64,000 bases of DNA. Origin: Candidatus Babeliales bacterium (GTDB taxonomy: Bacteria; Babelota; Babeliae; Babelales; JACPOV01). Made by a program: the position numbers and the translations under genes. A model generated the notes under the pieces. That model searched no databases. It was not told the DNA's origin and saw only the letters and a list, made by a program, of their open reading frames with translations. The DNA is taken from NCBI GenBank assembly GCA_050250855.1, contig JBFWNW010000002.1, positions 128,001 through 192,000 on the forward strand. The letters are read 5' to 3'. Within the stretch, counting starts at the first letter, position 1. Each line of letters starts with the position of its first letter. Below are positions 10,157 through 20,296 of this stretch, piece by piece.

Positions 10157-12163
10157 CTATTGATTATTTTCTGCCTTAGTTTCAACAAAACACTCAACAC
10201 GATCATCTATTTGCCAATCATTAAATCCATCAACTAAAAAGGCAAATTCGAATCCTGCATGAACATCTTTTACGGATTTGCGATCACGCTCAAGACTTTT
10301 AATAGGGCCTTCTCCAATTTTTTCTTTACCTCTCCAAATAACAACGCGCCCTTTATTTGAAAAAACACCTTCTTTACAATAAGATCCTGCAATAGTGCCA
10401 AGATTTTTTATGGCAAATACTTTTCTTACAACTGCTTCACCAGATTTTCTAGAAATCATTTTTACAGGTTCTTCTTCTTTGAGCATTACCTCAAGATCTT
10501 CAAGAAGCTTGTAAATAATATCAAAAAGCTTAATTGAAACCATATTTTTTTGCGCAACAACTACCGCATTTGGCTCTACTTTTACATGAAGACCAATAAT
10601 AATTGATCCTGTATTGGCAGCAAGAACAACATCGCTTTCGCTAATTGCACCAACGCCAGAAAAAACGATATAAATTTTATCTTTGTGCTTAGCAGATATT
10701 TTTTCTATAGATTCAAGCAATGCTTCTTTTGACGATGTAGAGTCAACTTTGACAATAATATTAAGAGTATCTTCTCGCAAAGCTTTTTTCATCTCAAGAG
10801 AGGTATGCATATGAGAAGATTTTAATGCTTTAAATTTTTCTGGCGCAACAACTTCAAAAGAATCACCTGCATGCGGCATTTCATTAAATCCAGCAACTTG
10901 CACAGGAACTGAAGGGCCCACTTCTTTAATGCGAGTACCATAAGAATCAATTAAAGAACTCACCTTGCCATATGTTTGTCCTGCCGAAAAAAGATCGCCA
11001 ATTTTTAACGTTCCTTTTTGACAAATAACCGTAGCAACAGCACCAAGGCCTTTTTGCAATTTAGATTCTAAAATAAAACCAGAAGCATGTTCTTTTGTTG
11101 ATGTTTTTAAGTCCATCATCTGAGATTGCAATACAATCATTTCAAGAAGCTTATCGACACCAGTACCGACTTTTGCAGAAATCGGAACTACGATAACCTC
11201 GCCACCCCATTCCTCAGGCAAAAGATCATAACGAGCAAGATCTGCTCTAAGCACTTCAAGTCTATTTTTATCAACTTTATCCATTTTATTAGCAGCAATA
11301 ATAACGGGAATTTCTGCTTTTTTTATTTTTTGAATGGCTTCTATTGTTTGAGGCTTAATACTATCATCAGCAGCAATAACAAGCACTGCTAAGTCTGCAA
11401 CACGAACACCTCTGCCACGAATATTTGAAAAAGCTTCATGGCCAGGAGTATCAATAAAGACAACATCACCCTGAGGCGTTTCTGCTCTGTAGGCACCTAG
11501 ATGCTGCGTAATGCCACCTTTTTCTTTTTGCGCTACGCGAGTTTTCCTAATAAAGTCCAAAAGCGTTGTTTTCCCATGGTCAACATGGCCCAAAACAACA
11601 ACGACTGGCAGGCGGCTTTCCTCTCCTTGAGCAAGGCCACCAAATCTTTTTTCTTCTGCTTTTTTTACAGCATTTTGATAAATAAAGGGAATTTCATACA
11701 AGCCAAGAATTTTTTGTATAACTTCATGGGCAAGCATCTGATTTTTAGGACAGACAATGCCCTGCTTTAAAAGATTTAAAATTAAATCACTTGCAGGCTT
11801 ATTCAATTTTTCTGCTAATTGCCCTATCGTCATTGACTCAACAATAAAGGGCTCCTGTACGGCAATGGTCTCAGACTCTTTGGGGGCAATTTCTTGTTTT
11901 GGTGTAGGAGGAATTATTATTTTTTCTTGAATTTTTTGATGCATATCTTTTTTTTCAGATTTTTTTTGAACTGGAGCCTGTTGAGGTTCTACCTTTTTAA
12001 CGGGGATTTCCTCATCTTTTTTAAATTTTTTATCAATAAAATCAAGCGCTTCTTGCGGCAATGCAGACATATGGCTTTTCACCTCAAAGCCTTCTTTGCT
12101 GAGAATATCAATTAAATCTTTATTAGAAATGTTTAGCAATTTGGCAATTTCATATACACGCAT
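10157..12163 (-). CDS. infB: Translation initiation factor IF-2
   Basis: GHVDHGKTTLLD, GGITQH, DTPGHEAF, NKMD. Confidence 0.97.
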   Translation of the reverse strand: MRVYEIAKLLNISNKDLIDILSKEGFEVKSHMSALPQEALDFIDKKFKKDEEIPVKKVEPQQAPVQKKSEKKDMHQKIQEKIIIPPTPKQEIAPKESETIAVQEPFIVESMTIGQLAEKLNKPASDLILNLLKQGIVCPKNQMLAHEVIQKILGLYEIPFIYQNAVKKAEEKRFGGLAQGEESRLPVVVVLGHVDHGKTTLLDFIRKTRVAQKEKGGITQHLGAYRAETPQGDVVFIDTPGHEAFSNIRGRGVRVADLAVLVIAADDSIKPQTIEAIQKIKKAEIPVIIAANKMDKVDKNRLEVLRADLARYDLLPEEWGGEVIVVPISAKVGTGVDKLLEMIVLQSQMMDLKTSTKEHASGFILESKLQKGLGAVATVICQKGTLKIGDLFSAGQTYGKVSSLIDSYGTRIKEVGPSVPVQVAGFNEMPHAGDSFEVVAPEKFKALKSSHMHTSLEMKKALREDTLNIIVKVDSTSSKEALLESIEKISAKHKDKIYIVFSGVGAISESDVVLAANTGSIIIGLHVKVEPNAVVVAQKNMVSIKLFDIIYKLLEDLEVMLKEEEPVKMISRKSGEAVVRKVFAIKNLGTIAGSYCKEGVFSNKGRVVIWRGKEKIGEGPIKSLERDRKSVKDVHAGFEFAFLVDGFNDWQIDDRVECFVETKAENNQ

Positions 12164-12226
12164 TTATTTTTTTACTCTTGATTTTAAATAAACAGAAACA
12201 CCACGTAATTTTATTTGCTCAGCAAA

Positions 12227-13315
12227 TTAATCATCCCGAGAATGTTCTTCTTCTTGGTCAATGCTTGACTCAACAACATCCTCAAATGAAACCTTGGCTG
12301 GTTTTTTTTCGCTCTGAACTAAATTAATATTTAGCCCTGTTAGGCGAGAGGCAAGCAAAATATTTTGGCCCATTCTTCCGATAGCAAGAGATCGCTGATC
12401 TTCATCAAGCCAAACATTTGCATTATCACCAACAACTTCAACACGATTAACAAGAGCAGGCTTAAGAGCCTGAGCAACAAGGCTTTCCACAGAATCAGTC
12501 CAAGGAATTATATCTATTTTTTCGCCGCCAAGTTCTTTCAAAAGAGGCTTAATGCGAACGCCACCGACACCCACACAGGTACCAACTGGGTCTATATTTT
12601 TATCATTAGACACAACAGCAATCTTGGTTTTATAGCCAGGAGTGCGAACAATTTTTTTAATTTCAATAAGCTTTTCAAAAGCCTCGGGAATTTCAAGCTC
12701 AAAAAGTCTTTGAACAAACTCAGCCGAAGCGCGATCTAGAATAAGCTGATTATCATTGCGCGGTTCCTTAAGAACTTCTTTTAAAAGAGCTCTAATAGAA
12801 AATCCTACAACGCATTTATCTGTTGGCATAGAAAGAGATTTGGGCAAGAATGCCAACGCTTCGCCTATTTTTACGGTAACACCACCGCGCTCGCATTTGT
12901 GTATCACGCCATGAACAATAGAGCCCTGCTTGCCGATGTAATCACGATACACCGCCTCAGCTTCTATAGATCTGATTTTATTGGCAATCACTTGCTTTGC
13001 GCGCAAAATTTCAATTCTGCCTATAGGGCCATCAAAGCCAACCATTATCTCTTGGCCTAGCTGAGCGTCAGCATCGATGCCGCGAGCTTTTCTGAGCGAA
13101 ATTTCAATTTCATCATCTTCAGGAGTAGAAACAACCTTTTTTTCAACCTTTACAACAAGGTCATCAGTTTTTCTATTGTGCTCAACCTGAAAAACGAGCC
13201 CAGGGTATTTTTTTTCATAGGCCGCTTTCATGCCTTCGCAAATAATAGAGCTTAAAAGGTCTCTATCAAGACCGCGCTCTTCAACAAGTTCATCTATAAC
13301 CAGAGAAAGTTTCAC
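12227..13315 (-). CDS. nusA: Transcription factor NusA
   Basis: LFELEIPE, DPVGTCVGVGGVRI, SLAIGRMGQNILLASRLTG. Confidence 0.96.
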   Translation of the reverse strand: MKLSLVIDELVEERGLDRDLLSSIICEGMKAAYEKKYPGLVFQVEHNRKTDDLVVKVEKKVVSTPEDDEIEISLRKARGIDADAQLGQEIMVGFDGPIGRIEILRAKQVIANKIRSIEAEAVYRDYIGKQGSIVHGVIHKCERGGVTVKIGEALAFLPKSLSMPTDKCVVGFSIRALLKEVLKEPRNDNQLILDRASAEFVQRLFELEIPEAFEKLIEIKKIVRTPGYKTKIAVVSNDKNIDPVGTCVGVGGVRIKPLLKELGGEKIDIIPWTDSVESLVAQALKPALVNRVEVVGDNANVWLDEDQRSLAIGRMGQNILLASRLTGLNINLVQSEKKPAKVSFEDVVESSIDQEEEHSRDD

Positions 13316-13428
13316 GATGTGTACACCTTTATTCTTAAATAAATTCGAATGGTAAGTATTGTCTAGTGTATCAAAGATTAAAAAAAAGAAAAGAAAAGAT
13401 CTTAGCTTTTAAAGCACTGGTTCTTTTA

Positions 13429-13580
13429 TTCTACTTCGCCAGAAAACCCCAAGGCTTTTGAAGCCTGGGAATGAATGGCAAGTAGAACCCTTCGTAGCTT
13501 TAGCGTAGTAGGGTTTTGGCTTCGAAGAACTTCGCGCGAATCAACGGCCTAAAAACCGTTGAGCGCTTCGTTGAATAGCC
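13429..13580. repeat. Three stacked imperfect palindromes (REP/IS-end-like)
   Basis: TTCTACTTCGCCA...TGGCAAGTAGAA (13429-13487); AACCCTTCGTAGC-ttta-GCGTAGTAGGGTT; GGC...GCGC-TCAACGG/CCGTTGA-GCGC...GCC (13518-13580). Confidence 0.6.
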
Positions 13581-13589
13581 ATAAACTCT

Positions 13590-13941
13590 AAATTAGTTTT
13601 TTTAAGGTCTTATTATTATTAATATTAACTATATATAGTTATTTATATGATAATAATAGGCGAGCGCAAAATTGTGGATAACTTTGCCTTTTTTTCAAAA
13701 AAAACCTGGACTTTAGCCGTTTTTTGGACTTTCACAATTGTGGATAACCTGTGGATAACCTGTGGATAACTTTGTGGATAACTCAAGGATCCCCCTAAAA
13801 ATAGCGTGCTATTGAGCTGTTTAAACGGTGCTGTTTTTGGTGCATCCATAGGAGCTTTTTCCCGAGATTTTCAAAAGTTATCCACATTTCATTCACAGGT
13901 TATCCACATTTCATTCACAGGTTATCCACATTTCATTCACA
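13590..13941. other. oriC: Chromosomal replication origin oriC
   Basis: TGTGGATAA at 13673, 13739, 13750, 13761, 13773; TTATCCACA at 13878, 13900, 13922; AT-rich DUE about 13590-13647; trio-like TGA-TAA-TAA-TAG at 13648-13659 next to a GC-rich spacer; apparent C-to-G skew switch across the locus. Confidence 0.88.
13877..13941 (+). repeat. 3x 22-bp tandem repeat GTTATCCACATTTCATTCACAG (third copy lacks the final G)
   Basis: Read directly; each unit carries a perfect DnaA box plus TCATTCACA 11 bp downstream. Confidence 0.92.
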
Positions 13942-13999
13942 CTTTCTATTTGTATTTTTTTGATGTGCTATAAGCGTGGTATCTTTAAAAAGCCTATTT

Positions 14000-14572
14000 T
14001 TATGAGGCTTTTTCAAAGAGAGTTTTTAGGTCGTGAATAAAAGTAGGAAGTTCTCGGGGGTTGCGTAGTATATAGGCCGGGTGAAAGGTTGGAAAAAGCT
14101 TTATAGTATTCCATGAAGAAAACTTCCCTCGCATCTGGGTCATTTTTACTTTTTGATCAAGTAAAGATTCTAGAGCGCTTGCGCCAAGTGTGCAAATAAA
14201 CTGAGGGCGTATAATTTTAAGTTGCTTAAAAAGAAGCAAGTTCTTGCATGTTGTTGCCTCTTGAAGTGTTGGCGCACGGTTTCCTGGTGGACGACATTTT
14301 ACAACATTGGTAATAAATATATCGCTTCGCTGTATGCCAATATGTTCAAGGGTTCTATTAAGAAGTTGGCCAGATCTACCAACAAAAGGCTTATTGAGTT
14401 CATCCTCTTTTTGGCCAGGGCCTTCGCCAATAATAACAACTTTTGCATCAGGATTTCCTTCCCCAAAAACAACATGCGTTCTACCGAGTGTTCCTAGGGG
14501 GCAAGCGGTGCACTGTTTATAGGGCGCGTAAAGTTGTTCCAAGAGGTTGTGCTTAAATTCTTTTATGCTCAT
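14000..14572 (-). CDS. Uracil-DNA glycosylase family 4 (Fe-S)
   Basis: CTACPL, GEGPG, PFVGRSG, NVVKCRPPGNRAP, TFHPAYILR. Confidence 0.93.
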   Translation of the reverse strand: MSIKEFKHNLLEQLYAPYKQCTACPLGTLGRTHVVFGEGNPDAKVVIIGEGPGQKEDELNKPFVGRSGQLLNRTLEHIGIQRSDIFITNVVKCRPPGNRAPTLQEATTCKNLLLFKQLKIIRPQFICTLGASALESLLDQKVKMTQMRGKFSSWNTIKLFPTFHPAYILRNPRELPTFIHDLKTLFEKAS

Positions 14573-14597
14573 ATGTGTTTAATAAAATATTAACCTT

Positions 14598-16037
14598 TTA
14601 AGCTGCTAAGAAATATTTTATTAGTGTAAACCAATTATTGCTTTGTGCAAACTTAGTTTTTTGATATGAAGGATAAATTTTTCGCTCAGGAAAATAGATG
14701 GAAATGCCACGTGCTTGTGCTAAATTTTTTCCTGAAACATTAGCAATAACCATTTTTTCTAGTAATGCTAAAGCTTTTTTTATCTCTTCATGAAGATCAT
14801 TTACTAGAGCTTTACCGCTTTGTTGATTAGTAAATTCAAATTTTTTGCTATTTGCTGCAAAGTTTCTTAAAAGATGATGAAGGTCAAGATAGTTAGGTTC
14901 ATCAAAATAGGTGCAGTAAAGTTTGTGGCGGCTGATTTTTATGGCTTCTCGTACGGTATTGTTTTTTTGGATTTTTAATGCTTCAATCAAGTACTGTGCT
15001 ATGCGATCTACACTCTGTTCAAGTGCTGTTGCGCAAGAAAGATCGAGTGCTGATTGCGTATAATCTTTTGTTATGTTGCCATATGCTGCGCCGTAGCATT
15101 GTACAATATGTTGCGCAAAAGATTTTTTATCAAGTGATCGCGTTTCAAATGGCTTTAATATAGTATAGTAATTATAGCCAGTGCCCAGTTCAACTTCTTC
15201 AGATGCAGGCATGAAGTCTGCAAAATCTTTTACAATGTTAGCAATTTCAAGCATCGCCATTAAGCAGGCATCAAAACAAATAAGATCAAATTTTCTACCG
15301 CCAAGAAGTGTGGAGCAAATTGTTCTAAGAGCATATTCTAAATCTTGATTACTTAAGTAATGCCCTGTTGAATCGTCAAAACAAATGCCGCGATGGTCAG
15401 GATAATACATCGCATGAATGTAATCAATAAATGGAATGCTTCTATCAAGTTCCAAGAGATTGCTTTCTGGATTAAACATAAAAAGAGGAGAAGGGTTAAT
15501 GCTTTTGCGCGGGCCAAAATCGATAGCTCCCGATCCATGATTCCAAAGTACAAGAGCATAGTGCCGTGCAGGATAGTTTTGGATAGCCCATTTGCAACAA
15601 TCAATTAACGTTGCAGGAAGGCCACTATCCATTTTTTGAGTATGAGGATCTTTTTCATTGGTTGCTATGTATTTATCTTTTTCAATGTAATAACGTTTTG
15701 TGATTTTTTTATTGCCAGCAATGCGCGTATCAAGTTGCGTTACAATATTTATATATTGCGTAGAACCAACATCCGCTTGTTGCTTTAAATTTTTACGGGC
15801 AAAAGGCGCAAGGTCATTATCGGCTGCCATGTAGGTAATAAAGGTCCATTCTTTTATAGCGCGCGCTTTTGTTGCATCGGCAAGAGCATTATTTTCTTGT
15901 GCTGTTTGAAGATCGGTAATTACCGTGCTGCTTTTAATAATATCATGTAATTGTTTATGCGGGCAAAACGTAACGTTTATATGCAGAATAAAAAAAAGTA
16001 ATAAGGCGAGAGGGTTTATTTTATAATTTTTTATCAT
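14598..16037 (-). CDS. Clostripain-family cysteine peptidase (C11), exported
   Basis: WTFITYMAADNDL, WNHGSG (catalytic His), FDACLM (catalytic Cys), GISIYFP; signal peptide. Confidence 0.88.
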   Translation of the reverse strand: MIKNYKINPLALLLFFILHINVTFCPHKQLHDIIKSSTVITDLQTAQENNALADATKARAIKEWTFITYMAADNDLAPFARKNLKQQADVGSTQYINIVTQLDTRIAGNKKITKRYYIEKDKYIATNEKDPHTQKMDSGLPATLIDCCKWAIQNYPARHYALVLWNHGSGAIDFGPRKSINPSPLFMFNPESNLLELDRSIPFIDYIHAMYYPDHRGICFDDSTGHYLSNQDLEYALRTICSTLLGGRKFDLICFDACLMAMLEIANIVKDFADFMPASEEVELGTGYNYYTILKPFETRSLDKKSFAQHIVQCYGAAYGNITKDYTQSALDLSCATALEQSVDRIAQYLIEALKIQKNNTVREAIKISRHKLYCTYFDEPNYLDLHHLLRNFAANSKKFEFTNQQSGKALVNDLHEEIKKALALLEKMVIANVSGKNLAQARGISIYFPERKIYPSYQKTKFAQSNNWFTLIKYFLAA

Positions 16038-16072
16038 GAGATCCCCTTTTTTAAGATAGGTACGTTGTTAGC

Positions 16073-17209
16073 TTATGAATTTTGCCTCATAATTATCAAG
16101 TCTTTTTGAATAATAGTTGTTTTATGGTGCGTAATAAACGATATCCATGTCAAAAGAAACGTGATACCAAAGCTTAACTGAAAATCAAGAGAAAAAAGAA
16201 AGAAAGGATTATAAGCGAGTGTAGCTATGGTAACCGTTGTAATAAGATGGAGAGGATGAATCGGCTTTTCTAATAAAATGCCCAATTTATATATAAAAAA
16301 TCCTAAAAGTGAGCGCGCAAAAGAAAGAGATGTCCAACTACAAAGAACATAGATGCAGGAAATAATAATAAGAAGAATTTGTTTTACTATAAATGAGAGT
16401 GGGATTAATGATAAAAAGAACTCCCAGATAGCAATAAATATAACAAGATGAAGGCCAGACCTGGCTAAATAATGGGAAATACCCCAATATTTAAAATCCT
16501 CTTGCAAGGGCGCAAGAGATTTTTTATCAAGTTCTTTATTACCAAAAAATAAAAGTGCTAGCCAGGTAAATGTTTCGCGTGAACATTTCTTTTTAAGGGA
16601 TTTTAAAAGATAATCACGATATTCAAAGAGCCAGCGCATGAAGCTTTTAGATGGTCGAGAAACCTGCTTGAAAGTTTTGCTGCAGAATGTTCCTGCAATA
16701 GAATTTTTTAAAGAGTATAAATACATAGATTCTTGCTTTGGCTGCCTAATAACAATATTTTCAAAGGAGACGGTATCGGTTATTTTCACATCAGGCTTTT
16801 CTGGGCAGTACCATACAAGAGAATGCTGATTTGAGTTGATAGGAGCTGTTTTTTGTTGTGATATTTTTTCAATGCTTCCTGTAAAACGGTGTTTCAAGTA
16901 GCGATGATTGCATGTTGTATAATCAGTAATAGTAAGAGTACAATCAAATGTTTTATGTGCTAAATAGTGCTGAAATGCATCATAAAAATTAAGTTTCTTT
17001 TGATACAAAGAGGCTCCCGCAAGAACTGAGCAGCCGATAATAAGATAAAAAGGCATGCGCGTTGCATATGCTAATGCACTAGCAATAATAAATAGTAAGA
17101 AAGAAAGATAGAATATATGGTAACTATGCTGCAGCCAAATGCCAGCAATAAAAAAAATGGTAGCAGGTAAAAGAGGATGAAGAGCACTATTATTTTTTTG
17201 TAGTAACAT
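16073..17209 (-). CDS. comEC: ComEC/Rec2 competence membrane protein (no metallo-beta-lactamase domain); start uncertain
   Basis: GISHYLARSGLH, NPFFLFSLDFQLSF. Confidence 0.8.
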   Translation of the reverse strand: MLLQKNNSALHPLLPATIFFIAGIWLQHSYHIFYLSFLLFIIASALAYATRMPFYLIIGCSVLAGASLYQKKLNFYDAFQHYLAHKTFDCTLTITDYTTCNHRYLKHRFTGSIEKISQQKTAPINSNQHSLVWYCPEKPDVKITDTVSFENIVIRQPKQESMYLYSLKNSIAGTFCSKTFKQVSRPSKSFMRWLFEYRDYLLKSLKKKCSRETFTWLALLFFGNKELDKKSLAPLQEDFKYWGISHYLARSGLHLVIFIAIWEFFLSLIPLSFIVKQILLIIISCIYVLCSWTSLSFARSLLGFFIYKLGILLEKPIHPLHLITTVTIATLAYNPFFLFSLDFQLSFGITFLLTWISFITHHKTTIIQKDLIIMRQNS

Positions 17210-17328
17210 AAGGGAGTAATAATTTTTGTTTAATTTTCTATAAGTATAGCATAAAATAAGAATTGATCGCAAAGTTAAAAATTAGCACTTGAAGGGTGCG
17301 AACCAAATTATACAAAAAGAGGAAATAT

Positions 17329-17952
17329 ATGAAACGCTTTATAAAAGTACTATTTTTATTACAAAGTATTAATATCACGATGAATTCATCACCTTTAGTA
17401 GCAATAAGATCAAAAATACCTTCTATTCTCGTTGATTTGCCCTATGCGACGGCGGATAATTTTACCCGAAGTCAAGTTTATCCAGATTGTGCTGATGCAT
17501 ACGCACTAGCAGAGGTGATAGAGCAACTTGCTTTAGTGCAAGAGTATTTGAAGCAAAAAGGTTTTGGTTTAAAAATATGGGATGCTTATCGCCCTCTTGC
17601 AGCGCAATATAAATTTTGGGAGCTTGTTCCTGATGAGCGTTATGTTTCAAATCCTGCAAAAGGAGGCGGCCGTCATACGCGTGGAACTACGGTTGATGTG
17701 ACACTGGTTACTTTAGATGGTCAAGAGGTTGCAATGCCAACGGAATTTGATAATTTTACTGAGCAGGCGCATGCAGATTATCAAGACTTTCCGGATGTTA
17801 TTCTAGCTCATAGAGAGATTTTGCGTGAAGCTATGGAGCGCTTTGGTTTTAAGGGTTTAGCAACGGAATGGTGGCATTTTGATCTTGTGGGCTGGCAAAA
17901 ATATCCTGCACTAGCGTTAGATTTTGAAGATTTAGCGAAAGCTGAATACTAA
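17329..17952 (+). CDS. ddpX: D-Ala-D-Ala dipeptidase (M15D, VanX/DdpX family)
   Basis: YATADNF, WDAYRP, HTRGTTVDVTL, EWWHF; start chosen after a GAGGA SD. Confidence 0.88.
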   Translation: MKRFIKVLFLLQSINITMNSSPLVAIRSKIPSILVDLPYATADNFTRSQVYPDCADAYALAEVIEQLALVQEYLKQKGFGLKIWDAYRPLAAQYKFWELVPDERYVSNPAKGGGRHTRGTTVDVTLVTLDGQEVAMPTEFDNFTEQAHADYQDFPDVILAHREILREAMERFGFKGLATEWWHFDLVGWQKYPALALDFEDLAKAEY

Positions 17953-18971
17953 AAAATATCAAGATTCAAATCAGAATATTCATTCTTTTTTGCTTTATAA
18001 TTGCCAACAAAAGCGATCATGGCAGCATTATCGGTACAAAATTGTGCTTGCGGAGAAAAAAATTCTAAGCCATGTTCTTGGCAATATTCTTTGATTGCTT
18101 GTTTTATAAATTTATTACAAGCAACGCCACCGACAAATGTAACCGCTTTTACGTGAGGATATTTTTTTAATGCCTGCGCAATTTTAATAATAAAAATATC
18201 TTTTATAGCAACCAGCAAAGAGCTGGCAACTTGCTTTTTAAGTTCCGGAGTCAATAAAGAAGTTTGTTTTTTTTCTGCAAGATTATAAGCGCCCTTTTTT
18301 ACTAAATCATAGAGCACAGCAGTTTTTAGGCCAGAAAAACTAAAATCAGGAGAATCTATTGATGCACGCGGATAATGAAAAAAATCTTGAAAATGCTCTT
18401 CTTGTGCTAGTTTTTCAATAATAGGTCCGCCAGGATAAGCAAGATTTAATAATTTTGCTATTTTATCAAAAGCTTCACCGGCAGCATCATCACGCGTTTG
18501 GCCTATAACTTCATAATCACCAAAATCTTTTACAAGATATAATGAAGTATGCCCTCCTGATGCAGTTAAACACAAATGAGGAAATGGTGGTGTATTATCT
18601 AAGAATGAAGAAAATGCATGCCCTTCTAAATGATTAACGCCAATAAGTTTTTTATGCTGCGCCCATGCGATAGCTTTTGCAAAACAGACTCCTACAAGCA
18701 GTGACCCAGGAAGGCCCGGTTTATTAGTTACTGCAATAGCGTCAATATCTGCCCAGGTTTTGCCAGCTTTATCTAAAGCTAATTGTACAATCTGTGGTAT
18801 TTTTTCAATATGTGAACGTGATGCTACTTCGGGCACTACGCCACCATATTTTTTATGTAGTTCTGTTTGTGAAAAAAGTTCATTAGAAAGAACGCCATGT
18901 TCTTTAGAATATACTGCTGCTGCGGTTTCATCACATGATGATTCTATACCAAGAATAATATGATCTTGCAC
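17949..18971 (-). CDS. tsaD: tRNA N6-adenosine threonylcarbamoyltransferase TsaD
   Basis: LGIESSCDET, GGVVPEVASRSH, HLEGH, SGGHT, DDAAGEAFDK, TDNAAMIA. Confidence 0.97.
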   Translation of the reverse strand: MQDHIILGIESSCDETAAAVYSKEHGVLSNELFSQTELHKKYGGVVPEVASRSHIEKIPQIVQLALDKAGKTWADIDAIAVTNKPGLPGSLLVGVCFAKAIAWAQHKKLIGVNHLEGHAFSSFLDNTPPFPHLCLTASGGHTSLYLVKDFGDYEVIGQTRDDAAGEAFDKIAKLLNLAYPGGPIIEKLAQEEHFQDFFHYPRASIDSPDFSFSGLKTAVLYDLVKKGAYNLAEKKQTSLLTPELKKQVASSLLVAIKDIFIIKIAQALKKYPHVKAVTFVGGVACNKFIKQAIKEYCQEHGLEFFSPQAQFCTDNAAMIAFVGNYKAKKNEYSDLNLDIF

Positions 18972-18981
18972 GGTAAGTTTC

Positions 18982-19671
18982 CTAGACTATTGGTTTTCTT
19001 GTATTAAAGGGCATGGAGAGCATTCTATTGTTTGCATAAGGGATTGAAGCAAGATTTGCTTTTTTGTGTAAAAATTTAAAATCAAGCAAAGAAAGTTTCA
19101 TTTTATCTGCAAGGTCATAGAGCATTGCTTTAGTAATCGATTCTTTAAGCTTAATAATAGGAAGCTGTAGAATGTTGCTTTCTTTATGCCACGGCATTGG
19201 TTGGATCTTTTCAACAACGTTTGGATTGATAAACGTAATAATAGTATTATCAGGAATTTTTATACTTTTTTGCTTGGATATAACTTCTTCTATAGACCAT
19301 GTTGAGGTGCCATCATCAAGTATAGTGCGGGTGAGTTTAAAAAAGCGATACGGATGATCTGGGCTTGTAGAAAGAGATTCTACCAAGGTATTTTCTGGTA
19401 GAGCAAGATAATCAGTAATGAGGACATACAGTGTTTCTGGTTTTTCCTCTTCATACAATTCAAAATGGGCTTTATGTGAATCACCAGTGGTTTCCACCTT
19501 TGCACTATATTCTTTGCCTTTAAAAAGAATAGGAAGTTCAAGTTCTCTATCAATAGAAACGTTAAACTGAATTGATCCTAATAAAATAACGCTCTTTGGC
19601 ATGGGGAATGAGGTATTGGCGCAAGTCCAGCTGCAAAAAAATAAAGGGAATAATGACAGTATTTTTTTCAT
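18982..19671 (-). CDS. Hypothetical exported protein
   Basis: ORF with signal peptide MKKILSLFPLFFCSWTCA. Confidence 0.6.
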   Translation of the reverse strand: MKKILSLFPLFFCSWTCANTSFPMPKSVILLGSIQFNVSIDRELELPILFKGKEYSAKVETTGDSHKAHFELYEEEKPETLYVLITDYLALPENTLVESLSTSPDHPYRFFKLTRTILDDGTSTWSIEEVISKQKSIKIPDNTIITFINPNVVEKIQPMPWHKESNILQLPIIKLKESITKAMLYDLADKMKLSLLDFKFLHKKANLASIPYANNRMLSMPFNTRKPIV

Positions 19672-19762
19672 AAAGATTCCTTGCAATTGGTATTTTTTAT
19701 TCTTTATTCTTAGTGTATACTATACTATACGATTCGCAATTGCTTTTAAATAAAGACTTTCT

Positions 19763-20296
19763 ATGAACTCTTTTGTTAATTTTTTTAAAAAATATCTTAT
19801 ACAAGACCCATCGCCTGAGCGCTTAGCCCTTGCTGCATGCGTTGGCAATTTTATAGCATTTTCACCCTTTTTGGGCCTGCATACTGCTATGGTATTTTTT
19901 TGTGCATGGGCTTTTCGGCTTAATTTTCCCATTATGCTGGCAGTTTCTATGGCCATTAATAATCCTTGGACCTTAGTGCCCGTGTATCTTTCTGATTATA
20001 TTTTTGGTTATTGGCTTTCTTATTCAGTATTTAAGTTTAATTTTTGTTATCTGAATGCCTTAATTATGCAGTTTGTGAATGTAATGCCAGTTTTTGTAGC
20101 CCATGTTCTTGAAAGCGCAATACAGTATATTAACTATTCTTTTGAAGTGACTTTTGGCTTGCCAAAGCCCTGTATTTGGTCATTTTTGATAGGAGGCAAT
20201 ATATTAGGACTCGTGACAAGTCTTATGCTTTATCCTATAATAAGAGGACTTTTTGCTAAATTAGCACGTGAATTGGAAGTACCTAAGGCCTTATGA
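19763..20296 (+). CDS. DUF2062 family membrane protein
   Basis: SPERLALAACVGNFIAFSPFLGLHT, NNPWTLVPVY. Confidence 0.8.
   Translation: MNSFVNFFKKYLIQDPSPERLALAACVGNFIAFSPFLGLHTAMVFFCAWAFRLNFPIMLAVSMAINNPWTLVPVYLSDYIFGYWLSYSVFKFNFCYLNALIMQFVNVMPVFVAHVLESAIQYINYSFEVTFGLPKPCIWSFLIGGNILGLVTSLMLYPIIRGLFAKLARELEVPKAL

Noticed and set aside
13643..13849. 68-aa ORF containing SYPQSYPQVIHRLST
   Set aside because: Translation artefact of the DnaA-box array.
13739..13941. Short tandem repeats as a CRISPR array or plasmid iterons
   Set aside because: No unique spacers and no cas or rep genes; the units are DnaA boxes among core chromosomal genes.
16571..16586. parS-like TGTTTCGCGTGAACAT near oriC
   Set aside because: Four mismatches to TGTTNCACGTGNAACA, single copy, inside comEC coding sequence.
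17282..17302. CIRCE-like TTAGCACTT...GGGTGCGAA
   Set aside because: Spacer far shorter than 9 nt, right arm degenerate, and no chaperone gene adjacent.
17329..17952. VanX as a vancomycin resistance locus
   Set aside because: No vanA/vanH/vanRS cluster adjacent; the D-2-hydroxyacid dehydrogenase is 6 kb away and unlinked. Treated as housekeeping DdpX.
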